Below, one piece after another: positions 1 to 8,650 of a stretch of DNA of 64,000 nt. A program made the position numbers and the translations under genes. Where the stretch lies: positions 68,083 through 132,082 of the forward strand of contig CAZSMV010000001.1 in the NCBI GenBank assembly GCA_964608215.1, given 5' to 3'. Positions within the stretch are counted from its first letter, which is position 1. Every line of letters starts with the position of its first letter. A model generated the notes under the pieces. That model worked only from the letters and a program-made list of their open reading frames with translations, made no database searches and had not been told where the DNA came from. The DNA comes from an uncultured Staphylococcaceae bacterium (lineage in GTDB: Bacteria > Bacillota_I > Bacilli_A > RFN20 > CAG-826).

Positions 1-207
1 TTTTTTTAATTGATGCTGCATCTTCTTCATCAAGAACACTCACACGCATTAAATCAGCGCCATTTTTTTCGCATTGCTTAATTTGTTTTATAACGTTAGT
101 GGTGTCACTTGTTTTAAATGTACACATTGATTGGATAAGAACTTTATTACTTCCACCAAATGTAAGATTTTTGTTTTTAATTACTTTTGTTTGCTCTCTT
201 GTAAACA
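1..207 (-). CDS. ispG: 4-hydroxy-3-methylbut-2-enyl diphosphate synthase IspG/GcpE, N-terminal 69 codons; gene continues past window start
   Basis: Reverse translation from the ATG at 205-207 gives MFTREQTKVIKNKNLTFGGSNKVLIQSMCTFKTSDTTNVIKQIKQCEKNGADLMRVSVLDEEDAASIKK, which matches the IspG N-terminus (IQSM..T.DT..T..QI..L...G.D..R). It is absent from the ORF track because it runs off the window edge. Confidence 0.6.
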
Positions 208-304
208 TAATAAAAATTATATATTAACAAACTATTATTTTATAGATTTTTTACTCTTTTTATGATATATTCATAAGGCAAAAAGAAGAAAGGAAGTTTT
301 TATT

Positions 305-457
305 ATGGCAAGAGATAGTTTTTTATTAAAATGTACAGTTTGCGGTGAAGAGAATTATCTTGACAGCAAAAACAAGAAAAATAATCCTGATAGAGTCGAG
401 AAAAAGAAATATTGTCCTCATTGTAAAAAGATGACTGTTCACAAAGAAAAGAAGTAA
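305..457 (+). CDS. rpmG: 50S ribosomal protein L33 (zinc-ribbon form)
   Basis: Translates to [50 protein letters not shown] with CxxC...CxxC. An upstream SD GAAAGGAAG is present. The ORF is below the 60-aa cutoff of the track. Confidence 0.85.
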   Translation: MARDSFLLKCTVCGEENYLDSKNKKNNPDRVEKKKYCPHCKKMTVHKEKK

Positions 458-464
458 AAACTAG

Positions 465-1097
465 ATGATTAAAACTTTTAGATACGAGAATGATACTAAT
501 GAATTTAGTGCAAATACATATGTAGTTGGGGAGTTAGGAAAGAGTTTTGTTGTTATTGATCTTGGCTCAACAACTGATCATGTATTAAAGTATGTAAAAG
601 AAAATTTTAAAGGCTGTAGTGGTATTTTACTTACTCATGGTCATTGGGATCATATGAGAGGTATACCTAAATTCTTAGATGCATATCCAAACACAACAAT
701 TTTCATTGATGAATTAGATAGTGAGTGTTTAATTGACAATAGATTAAATTGCTCAAGGTTAATGAGGGAAGATGGAATTATAAATGTGGATCCATATCGT
801 TTAGAAGATGGTGATGAAATAAGTTTTGGTGACAACTTAACATTTAAGGTTATTGAAACTCCATTCCACACATTAGGTAGTGTTTGTTATTTATGTGAAA
901 AAGAAAATGCATTATTTACTGGTGATACTTTGTTTAAAGGTGATATTGGTCGAAGCGATTTGCCTCATAGTGCAAAAAGAATGCAACAAGCATCATTAGA
1001 AAAGATTAAAAAACTCGATTCAAGGTTGAAAATTTTTCCAGGTCATGGAGATGAAACAACATTAGAAAAAGAGTTAAAAGAAAACAAATATTTATAA
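465..1097 (+). CDS. MBL-fold metallo-hydrolase
   Basis: Contains the THGHWDHMRG (HxHxDH) metallo-beta-lactamase motif. 210 aa. Confidence 0.8.
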   Translation: MIKTFRYENDTNEFSANTYVVGELGKSFVVIDLGSTTDHVLKYVKENFKGCSGILLTHGHWDHMRGIPKFLDAYPNTTIFIDELDSECLIDNRLNCSRLMREDGIINVDPYRLEDGDEISFGDNLTFKVIETPFHTLGSVCYLCEKENALFTGDTLFKGDIGRSDLPHSAKRMQQASLEKIKKLDSRLKIFPGHGDETTLEKELKENKYL

Positions 1098-1112
1098 GAA
1101 AAGGAGAGGAAA

Positions 1113-1682
1113 ATGAACGTTACTGAATTAAGACCAGGAAATTATTTCATTGATGATAACAAATTATTATTAGTTATAGATATTTTACTTAATAAAACAG
1201 CAATGAGAAAAATGGTTGCAAAACTTAAGGTTAAAGATGTTAGAACCGGTGCAATTACTGAAATGTCTGCAAATAGTGGATATCAAGTTGAAACTGTTAG
1301 ACTTGATAAGAAAAAAATGAGTTATTTGTATGATGATGGAAGTTTCTTAGTATTTATGGATCAAGAAACTTATGAACAAGTTAATATCGAAAAGAAAAGA
1401 CTTGAATGGGAAATGAATTTCTTAAAACCAAATCAAGAAATTGAAGTAGTTTCATACGAAGACGAAATTTTAGGTATTAATTTACCAGCGAAAGTTGACT
1501 TATTAATTACTCATTGTGAACCAGCTGTTAGAGGCGATACTGTTAACAAAGCAACTAAAGATGCAACTGTTGAGACTGGCTGGAAAATTAGAGTTCCATT
1601 ATTTATCGAGGAAGGTGAAACTGTATTAGTTAGAACTGATAATGGTGAATATGATGGAAGATCAACTGGAACAACCAAGTAG
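1113..1682 (+). CDS. efp: elongation factor P
   Basis: Full-length similarity to EF-P (KPGKG-like region, YLYDDG..FMDQETYEQ, GDT...ATLETG). An SD AAGGAGAGG lies upstream. Confidence 0.9.
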   Translation: MNVTELRPGNYFIDDNKLLLVIDILLNKTAMRKMVAKLKVKDVRTGAITEMSANSGYQVETVRLDKKKMSYLYDDGSFLVFMDQETYEQVNIEKKRLEWEMNFLKPNQEIEVVSYEDEILGINLPAKVDLLITHCEPAVRGDTVNKATKDATVETGWKIRVPLFIEEGETVLVRTDNGEYDGRSTGTTK

Positions 1683-1691
1683 GTGTTGATT

Positions 1692-1919
1692 ATGGTTATC
1701 CAAGGTGGTGTTGGAGTTTTTGTTCTTTATTTGGTTTTAGCCTTAATCGCAGGTGTTGTTATTGGATATTTTGCAACAAGATATCTATTCAAAAAACAAA
1801 TGGAAAAAAATCCTCCAATAAATGAAAAGATGATTAGAGCAATGTTTATGCAAATGGGAAGAAAACCTAGTGAAGCTCAAATTAGAGCTGTTATGAATAG
1901 CATGAATAATCAAAAATAA
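1692..1919 (+). CDS. UPF0154/YneF family small membrane protein
   Basis: One N-terminal TM segment plus the KKNPPINE..M.RAMFMQMGRKPS motif typical of YneF. The track start at 1683 is a GTG; I prefer the ATG at 1692, seven nt after the SD AGGTG. Confidence 0.75.
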   Translation: MVIQGGVGVFVLYLVLALIAGVVIGYFATRYLFKKQMEKNPPINEKMIRAMFMQMGRKPSEAQIRAVMNSMNNQK

Positions 1920-1932
1920 TTATGAAACTAAA

Positions 1933-1973
1933 AATTCTATTTCAAAAAGTTGAAATAGAATTTTTTATTTTTT
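1933..1973 (+). terminator. intrinsic terminator after efp-yneF
   Basis: Hairpin AATTCTATTTCAA-aaag-TTGAAATAGAATT is followed by a T-run (TTTTTTATTTTTT). Confidence 0.7.
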
Positions 1974-2016
1974 AGTTACTCTAAAAAATATTTTTTTAAT
2001 CATTGTTGGTGTGTTT

Positions 2017-2045
2017 GGTTCTCTTTATTGGGGGAGAACCTTTTT
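2017..2045 (+). terminator. second hairpin plus T-run, either a tandem terminator or the 3' end of a small transcript
   Basis: GGTTCTC-tttattgggg-GAGAACC is followed by TTTTT. Confidence 0.45.
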
Positions 2046-2345
2046 ATGTGTTTGTAAGATCAAAAATTTGAGAAAGTAAAATAGTTTTTATTATGGTGGT
2101 GGATGTGTTTATTAAAAATGTCTTGCAAGAAATTTGTCAATCAAAAACGCGATAACCATCGAATAAATTTTGATTTGTGGAAAAAAATATTTAGTTATTC
2201 ACATTACTAAATATCTACTAAATATTTACTAGTAGATTCTAGGATGAGAATAATAAAAATAGAAAAACAAAAAACTCGATTTTAAGAACGTTTTTTAGTT
2301 TTTATTGAGTAAATACACATTAATTGTGCTTTAAATCGAAGATAT

Positions 2346-2375
2346 TAAAAAAAGCACCATTAAGTGCTTTTATTC
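2346..2375. terminator. bidirectional hairpin terminator downstream of plsY
   Basis: A-run, then AGCAC-cattaa-GTGCT, then TTTTATT. It can work on either strand and sits at the plsY stop. Confidence 0.55.
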
Positions 2376-3132
2376 ATTTATTTTTGTCTAACCAATATGC
2401 AATTGGTTCATTTCCAACAATGATTCTTTTGATATTTGCTTTATGTTTCAGTATTAATAACGCAAGGCAAAGCGTTAAGAATGTTGGATAATATATACAA
2501 ATTTCTGGTCCAACCCCAAAAAACATAAGATAATTTGCAATTTTTGGACCATAGATTATATAAATTATATATATAATCCATGAAATAATTGTGAATAAAC
2601 ATGCGGAAACCATTGATGCTATGCTAACTTTTTTACCTATTTTAATTGAAGTAAAGAATGTTAGTGGTAATATGATGCAAGCAATCCAAGATGATGAAAT
2701 AGCAAATCCTATATATGAACTTACTGCCTTACCACCTGTAAATTTGATGTATATGCTATAACAATGACCAATTATTCCTGTAAATGGAGTGATCCAATAA
2801 GCCAATTGTTGTAAGGTATTTCCTCTTCCAAATGCATTAATTTCTTCTGAATAGAACAATATTTTTTTAAAATAATCAACTTTAGAAAATACCAAGAAAG
2901 TAATTATAAATGGAATTACGATCTTTAATACATCAAGTATTATTACAATTATTCCGATTTTTAAGCCAAATACACGACCTGCATTTGTTCCACCCGAATT
3001 TTTACTGCCTTCAAGCCGCGGGTCTCTTTTAAAAAATATTTTTCCTATTATAACAGCATTTGGAATTGAACCTGATAAATATCCAAATAATGCACTTAAT
3101 AAAATAGTCAGTATACAAATAAAAATAGACAT
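2374..3132 (-). CDS. plsY: glycerol-3-phosphate acyltransferase PlsY, with a C-terminal extension
   Basis: Polytopic membrane protein carrying a GSKNSGGTNAGRVFG motif (compare GSGNxGATN in PlsY). Its position upstream of parE-parC matches Bacillus yneS(plsY)-parE-parC. Confidence 0.75.
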   Translation of the reverse strand: MSIFICILTILLSALFGYLSGSIPNAVIIGKIFFKRDPRLEGSKNSGGTNAGRVFGLKIGIIVIILDVLKIVIPFIITFLVFSKVDYFKKILFYSEEINAFGRGNTLQQLAYWITPFTGIIGHCYSIYIKFTGGKAVSSYIGFAISSSWIACIILPLTFFTSIKIGKKVSIASMVSACLFTIISWIIYIIYIIYGPKIANYLMFFGVGPEICIYYPTFLTLCLALLILKHKANIKRIIVGNEPIAYWLDKNK

Positions 3133-3219
3133 AAAAGTATTTTATATTAAAAGACTTTTTAATTCTAGAAATAAACCATCGTTTTATGTATAATTTAAAA
3201 GTTATTGAAGGTATAAAAA

Positions 3220-5166
3220 ATGTGTCCAATTGATGATTATAATGCGAATAGCATAGAACTTTTATCAGGTCTTGAAGGCGTAAGAAAAAGACCTGGCATG
3301 TATATAGGAAGTACAAATAGTACTGGATTACATCATTTAGTATGGGAAATAGTTGATAATGCAGTTGATGAAGCTTTGAATGGTTTTGGCGATAAAGTGA
3401 CCGTAACAATACATAAAGATGGTAGTTTGACTGTAACCGATGAAGGCAGAGGCATTCCTTGCGATGTTAATAAACAAACCGGAATTCCTGCTGTACAACT
3501 TATTTTTACAACATTGCATAGTGGTGGTAAATTTAATGATCATGCTTACAAATCAAGTGCAGGTTTGCATGGTGTTGGTAGTTCGGTTACTAATGCTTTA
3601 TCTTTATTTTGTGATGTAACAGTCAATTATAAAGGAACACAATATCACATTCGCTTTCATAATGGTGGCGAATTGGAAACGCCTCTTGAGGTTATCGGAA
3701 AAACATTAAAACATGGAACAACTGTTACATTTAAACCAGATCCAGCTATTTTTTCAACAACCGAATTTAAGTGGGATACAATAGCTTCACACTTACAAGA
3801 AGAAGCTTTTTTATTGAAAAAAGTTAAGTTTATTTTAGTAGACGAAAGAATAAAAAAGACTGAAGAATTTTATTATGAAAATGGTTTGAGAGAGTATATT
3901 GATGTTTTAAATCAATCTAAAGAAAAATTAGATGAAACAATAGATTTTGAAGATACAATCGATGAAATTCATGTTGAAGTTGCAATGCAATATTGCAAGA
4001 ATGATTATAACGAATCAATTTTTAGTTATGTTAATAATGTAAGAACCAGAGAAGGTGGAACACATGAATCTGGTTTTAGGATGGGATTAACAAAAGCTGT
4101 TAATGATTATATTGAAAAAAATAGTTTGGCGAAGAGCAAGGAAAAATTGGAGGGGACAGATATTCGTGAAGGTTTAACAGCGATTATTTCATTAAGACTT
4201 CCAGAATCAATTCTTGAGTTTGAAGGTCAAACTAAAGGTAAATTAGGTACGCAAGCTGCTCAAGGTGTTGTTTCAAATCTTGTTTACACACAATTTTCAT
4301 ATTATTTAAATGAAAATAAAGATTTTGCCGTTAATTTTGTAAATAAATGTTTTGCATCTCAAAATGCAAGAATTGCTGCTAGAAAAGCCAAATCTGAAGC
4401 AAGATCGGCAACAAAAAAATCCAAAGAAGCAGTTCTTGTAAGTGATAAACTAACACCATGCTCAAGTAAAGAATATAAAAAGAATGAACTTTTTATTGTT
4501 GAAGGTAATTCGGCTGGTGGAAACGCTAAAAAAGGAAGAGATCCAAAACATCAAGCAATTTTGCCTTTAAGAGGAAAACCATTAAATACTTATGGTTTAA
4601 CGGTTGATAAAATTTTGAAAAATGAAGAAATTTCTACTATTATCAATACAATTGGTGCTGGGTTTGGACAATCTTTTGATGTTGACGATAGTCACTATGG
4701 AAAAATTATTATTATGACTGATGCTGATACTGATGGAGCTCATATTCAAACCTTATTATTAACTTTTTTCTATCTATATATGAAAAGTTTAATTACAAGT
4801 GGAATGGTTTATGTTGCAGTTCCTCCTCTTTATCGTGTTTTTAAAGACGATCAAAAAGGTAATGTCAAGTCTGAAAAATATGCATGGAATGATGCAGATT
4901 TGGAAGAAGCGAAGAAAATTGTCGGTCAAGGCTATAAGATTTCAAGATATAAAGGTTTAGGTGAAATGAATTCTGATCAATTAAGTTCAACAACAATGAA
5001 TCCTGAACATAGATTATTATTAAGAATTTCAATTGAAGATCCGCTTTTGGTTGAAAAGAAAGTTAATGTTTTAATGGGGAATAATCCTGATTTACGTAAG
5101 GAATGGATTATAGATCATATTAATTTTGAAGAAGTTGATACATTCTTAAAGGAGGTTAAAAGATAA
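3220..5166 (+). CDS. parE: DNA topoisomerase IV subunit B (type IIA B subunit, GHKL ATPase plus Toprim)
   Basis: Motifs LEGVRKRPGMYIGST, HHLVWEIVDNAVDE and EGNSAGG are present. I call ParE rather than GyrB from context (plsY and yneF neighbours, no dnaA/dnaN nearby). The stop overlaps the parC start (TAATG). Confidence 0.8.
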   Translation: MCPIDDYNANSIELLSGLEGVRKRPGMYIGSTNSTGLHHLVWEIVDNAVDEALNGFGDKVTVTIHKDGSLTVTDEGRGIPCDVNKQTGIPAVQLIFTTLHSGGKFNDHAYKSSAGLHGVGSSVTNALSLFCDVTVNYKGTQYHIRFHNGGELETPLEVIGKTLKHGTTVTFKPDPAIFSTTEFKWDTIASHLQEEAFLLKKVKFILVDERIKKTEEFYYENGLREYIDVLNQSKEKLDETIDFEDTIDEIHVEVAMQYCKNDYNESIFSYVNNVRTREGGTHESGFRMGLTKAVNDYIEKNSLAKSKEKLEGTDIREGLTAIISLRLPESILEFEGQTKGKLGTQAAQGVVSNLVYTQFSYYLNENKDFAVNFVNKCFASQNARIAARKAKSEARSATKKSKEAVLVSDKLTPCSSKEYKKNELFIVEGNSAGGNAKKGRDPKHQAILPLRGKPLNTYGLTVDKILKNEEISTIINTIGAGFGQSFDVDDSHYGKIIIMTDADTDGAHIQTLLLTFFYLYMKSLITSGMVYVAVPPLYRVFKDDQKGNVKSEKYAWNDADLEEAKKIVGQGYKISRYKGLGEMNSDQLSSTTMNPEHRLLLRISIEDPLLVEKKVNVLMGNNPDLRKEWIIDHINFEEVDTFLKEVKR

Positions 5167-7802
5167 TGGCTAAGAAAATTAAAGAAGAACCTTCTTTTAA
5201 TGAAAATATTAGTGTCGAGCCGATGGACACTGTTATGGATAGTCGAAGTGCAACTTATGCTAAAGAAGTTATCCAAGATCGTGCTATTCCAGATTTGAGA
5301 GATGGCTTAAAACCTGTTCAAAGAAGAATATTATATTCAATGTATAGAAATGGAAATACATTCGATAAACAGACAAGAAAATGCGCAGGTATTGTTGGTA
5401 ATGTAATGGGATTTTATCATCCTCATGGCGACTCATCGATTTATGAGGCTTTAGTTAGAATGTCTCAAGATTGGAAAATGCGACAACCATTAATTCATTT
5501 TCAAGGAAATAATGGTTCAATTGATGATGATCCACCAGCTGCTTATCGTTATACTGAAGCTAAATTAAATGAATTTTCAGTTCAAGAAATGTTAGGTGAA
5601 ATCGATAAAGACACCATCGATATGACTTTAAATTTTGATGATACCTTATTTGAACCTATAGTTTTGCCTGCAAGATTTCCAAATTTATTTGTAAATGGGG
5701 CAAGCGGTATAGCTTTTGCTATTGCAACAGAAGTACCTCCACATAATTTGGTTGAAATGTGTGATGCAGCTGTTTATAGATTAAATCATCCAAATTGTAG
5801 TTTAGATGATATTTTAGAAATTGTTAAAGGTCCTGATTTTCCAACTGGTGGGATTATATATAAATCTTCTGGTTTAAAAGATATTTATTCGACTGGAAGG
5901 GGGAAAATAGAATTAACAAGTAAAGTTGATATTGATACTTCAGACAATAACGTTAATAAATTAATTATTCATGATATTCCATATGGTGTTATAAAAATTC
6001 AGCTTGTTTATTCTATTGATAAAATTAAAAAGTCCAAAGAAATTGATGGAATTTTGGATGTAATTGATGAAACTGCTGGCGATGATGTAAAAATTGTTGT
6101 GGATCTTAAAAAAGAAATCGATCCTAAAGTCGTTTTAAATTATTTAAAGAGCAAAACCCAATTAAAGATTTCTTATAGTGCAAATATAGTTGCAATCGAC
6201 CAAAAAACACCTAAATTCCTACCAATTCTTAACTACTTAGATAATTTTTTGACTTTCCAGAATTCAATTATATTAAGACGAACGAAATATGATTTAAAGA
6301 AAGCGCAGGATAGATTGTTAATTGTAGATGGTTTAATTAAGGCTATTTCAATAGTTAATGAAGTTGTTGCTGTAATTCGCTCTAGTAAAGATAAGCAAGA
6401 TTCAAAAAATAATTTGATGAGTAAATTTGGCTTTACAGATGAGCAAGCAGAAGCAATTGTTATGATGCGTTTATATAAGTTGAGTAATACAGATGTAACA
6501 ACTTATATAAATGAAAAAAATGAACTTGAAAAGCAAATTGCCGATTTTATCGAAACAATTAACTCTTCATTAAAGGTAAAACATATTATTGCTGATGATT
6601 TAAAAGCTATTGCAAAGAAATATGGAACACCAAGAAAAACTCTAATTGAAGATGGAGGCGAATCTAAACTTGTTATAGATAGAAGAGCTTTAATTATTAA
6701 AGAAGATTGTTATGTTAATTTGACTCAAGATGGATATATAAATAGATCATCAATTAAATCTCACGATGCAAGCAATGGAGATTTACCAAAAATTAAAGAT
6801 GGTGATGTTTTGATGATGTCTGCATTATGCAATACTGCTGATTACATCCTTGCTTTTACTAATAAAGGAAATTATTTATTTATTCAAGTTTGTGATATAG
6901 ATGAAGGTAAATATAAAGATCAAGGTAAGCATGTTAACTATTTATCGAATTTGCCATTTGATGAATACATTATCAAATGCATTATAGTAAAAAACTTCGA
7001 TATAAAAGCAAGCATTTGTTTAGTATCTAAAAATGGTCAAATAAAAAAGACACAATTAAATGAATTTTATTCTACAAGATATTCAAAGCCAATTACATGC
7101 ATGCGCCTTCTAAAGGATGACGAAGTAGTGGATGTAACTGTGTTATCAGGAAATTCTAATCTTTTAATTATCACGGAAAAGGGGAATATAACTTATTTTA
7201 ATGAAAATGAAATAGTTGATACAGGTTTAAAAACAAGTGGTGTTAAAGGCATTTCAACGTTAAAGAATTCGACAGTGAAGGCATTATTTGCCTTTAGGCA
7301 AGATGAAAAGAGTAAGATTTTACTTATAACTGATAATAAAATGTATCGAATTTATGACAGTTCTTCTCCATATTTAACTCAAAGACTTGGTCGAACACAA
7401 GTTGCCTTTAAATCATTTAAATCTGATGTTCATAACTTAATTTATGCACAAAAAATCATAAACAAAGATGAATCAATTGATCTTGTTTGTCTTATGAGTG
7501 ATGGTACAGTTATGAAAACTTCAATAAATGAATTTTATTTAACTCCTGTTGACAAATATTGTAAAGCAAATATGAATATAGATTCAAAAGCAAAAATTGA
7601 TAAAATATATGTGAAAAATGTCGATATAATCGATAGTAGTTTTAAATGTGATGATAAACCAACTAAACCATTATTATCAGAAAATAGTTCTATTAATTAT
7701 AGTGATTCTTCTAATACTTATAAAACTGATGAAGAAGAGTCCAAAGATGACAAAAAGAATAATTATGAACAAATATCAATTTTCGATGATATGGGCGATT
7801 AA
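5166..7802 (+). CDS. parC: DNA topoisomerase IV subunit A
   Basis: Motifs RYTEAKL, PARFPNLFVNGASGIA and PPHNL are present and it is translationally coupled to parE. I saw no GyrA-box (QRRGGKG) in the C-terminal domain. The C-terminus is long, divergent and has an acidic tail. Confidence 0.8.
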   Translation: MAKKIKEEPSFNENISVEPMDTVMDSRSATYAKEVIQDRAIPDLRDGLKPVQRRILYSMYRNGNTFDKQTRKCAGIVGNVMGFYHPHGDSSIYEALVRMSQDWKMRQPLIHFQGNNGSIDDDPPAAYRYTEAKLNEFSVQEMLGEIDKDTIDMTLNFDDTLFEPIVLPARFPNLFVNGASGIAFAIATEVPPHNLVEMCDAAVYRLNHPNCSLDDILEIVKGPDFPTGGIIYKSSGLKDIYSTGRGKIELTSKVDIDTSDNNVNKLIIHDIPYGVIKIQLVYSIDKIKKSKEIDGILDVIDETAGDDVKIVVDLKKEIDPKVVLNYLKSKTQLKISYSANIVAIDQKTPKFLPILNYLDNFLTFQNSIILRRTKYDLKKAQDRLLIVDGLIKAISIVNEVVAVIRSSKDKQDSKNNLMSKFGFTDEQAEAIVMMRLYKLSNTDVTTYINEKNELEKQIADFIETINSSLKVKHIIADDLKAIAKKYGTPRKTLIEDGGESKLVIDRRALIIKEDCYVNLTQDGYINRSSIKSHDASNGDLPKIKDGDVLMMSALCNTADYILAFTNKGNYLFIQVCDIDEGKYKDQGKHVNYLSNLPFDEYIIKCIIVKNFDIKASICLVSKNGQIKKTQLNEFYSTRYSKPITCMRLLKDDEVVDVTVLSGNSNLLIITEKGNITYFNENEIVDTGLKTSGVKGISTLKNSTVKALFAFRQDEKSKILLITDNKMYRIYDSSSPYLTQRLGRTQVAFKSFKSDVHNLIYAQKIINKDESIDLVCLMSDGTVMKTSINEFYLTPVDKYCKANMNIDSKAKIDKIYVKNVDIIDSSFKCDDKPTKPLLSENSSINYSDSSNTYKTDEEESKDDKKNNYEQISIFDDMGD

Positions 7803-8038
7803 TTTTTAGCATTATATAGAAGGCTAAAAATTAGGTAAAGCAACGATAAAAGAGCACCTATAGAATTAAAAAGTATATTTGTCCGACCTTCAGTTGAATT
7901 TCTATTTTTATATCCGAAAACAAAACCAATAATAAAGAATGGGAAACTTAGTATTGGAGTAACCATTGCCCAAAATAAAGCAATTGTCCCCATTAATCTT
8001 GAAATATCATTTAGTAATTTTGAATTTTTTTCTTCCAT
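7799..8038 (-). CDS. hypothetical small membrane protein (2 predicted TM segments)
   Basis: 79-aa ORF with two hydrophobic stretches. It has no clear SD and overlaps the parC stop by 4 nt on the opposite strand. Confidence 0.3.
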   Translation of the reverse strand: MEEKNSKLLNDISRLMGTIALFWAMVTPILSFPFFIIGFVFGYKNRNSTEGRTNILFNSIGALLSLLYLIFSLLYNAKN

Positions 8039-8116
8039 GCGCTTATTTTAATATAAAAGAATAAAAAAATCATTTATTTCCTATTCTTTATTTTAAGTAT
8101 AATTTATAATGATTAT

Positions 8117-8650
8117 ATGAAGAAATATATCCCATCCTTTCAAGCAAAATCCATTTATGATATTGATTTAGATTTTTTTAAAAACAATGGATTTAGATAT
8201 TTATTTTTGGATTTAGATAACACTCTTGATGGGCCTCATACTACGGTTCCTTCTTTAAGGGCTATTGAACTCATAAATAAAATGAAAGAAATTGGTTTAG
8301 TCCCTATTATTTTAAGCAACAATAAGAAAAAAAGAGTTTATAGATATGCAGAACCTTTAAATATTGAATTCATATATCGTGCATTTAAACCTTTTCCATT
8401 TGCAATAAAAAAATATATTAAAAGTAGGAAAATTGATGTAGATTCATCTATAATTATAGGAGACCAAATAATGACTGATATATTTTGTGCAAATAATGCA
8501 CATATTAAGTCTTTATTAACTGAAAGGTTAACCAAAAAAGATCAGATTATTACGTTTATTAATAGAAAAATTGATGAACATTTTAGAAAAAAGATTTTGA
8601 AAAACAAATTAGCCTTTGATTGGAGGGAATATTATGCCAAACATCAGTAA
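8117..8650 (+). CDS. yqeG: YqeG-family HAD-IIIA phosphatase
   Basis: FLDLDNTL HAD motif I. It is the first gene of the conserved yqeG-yqeH-yhbY-nadD-yqeK-rsfS cluster, and a TATAAT lies at about 8098. Confidence 0.8.
   Translation: MKKYIPSFQAKSIYDIDLDFFKNNGFRYLFLDLDNTLDGPHTTVPSLRAIELINKMKEIGLVPIILSNNKKKRVYRYAEPLNIEFIYRAFKPFPFAIKKYIKSRKIDVDSSIIIGDQIMTDIFCANNAHIKSLLTERLTKKDQIITFINRKIDEHFRKKILKNKLAFDWREYYAKHQ

Noticed and set aside
650-871. 73-aa ORF on the minus strand inside the MBL-hydrolase gene
   Set aside because: It is fully antisense to a well-supported gene, low-complexity, and has no RBS. This is typical spurious AT-rich antisense ORF, and the same applies to other short antisense ORFs in the track.
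1683-1691. GTG start for yneF at 1683
   Set aside because: The ATG at 1692 is correctly spaced from the AGGTG SD, and the GTG start would overlap the efp stop.
3029-3543. 126-aa and 68-aa minus-strand ORFs overlapping plsY and parE
   Set aside because: They are antisense to or overlap strongly supported genes, are Tyr/Phe/Ile-rich low-complexity translations of AT-rich DNA, and lack RBSs.
8616-8633. Upstream TTG start for yqeH (MIGGNI...)
   Set aside because: An ATG at 8634 sits 7 nt after a GGAGGG Shine-Dalgarno, and the TTG start would read through that SD.
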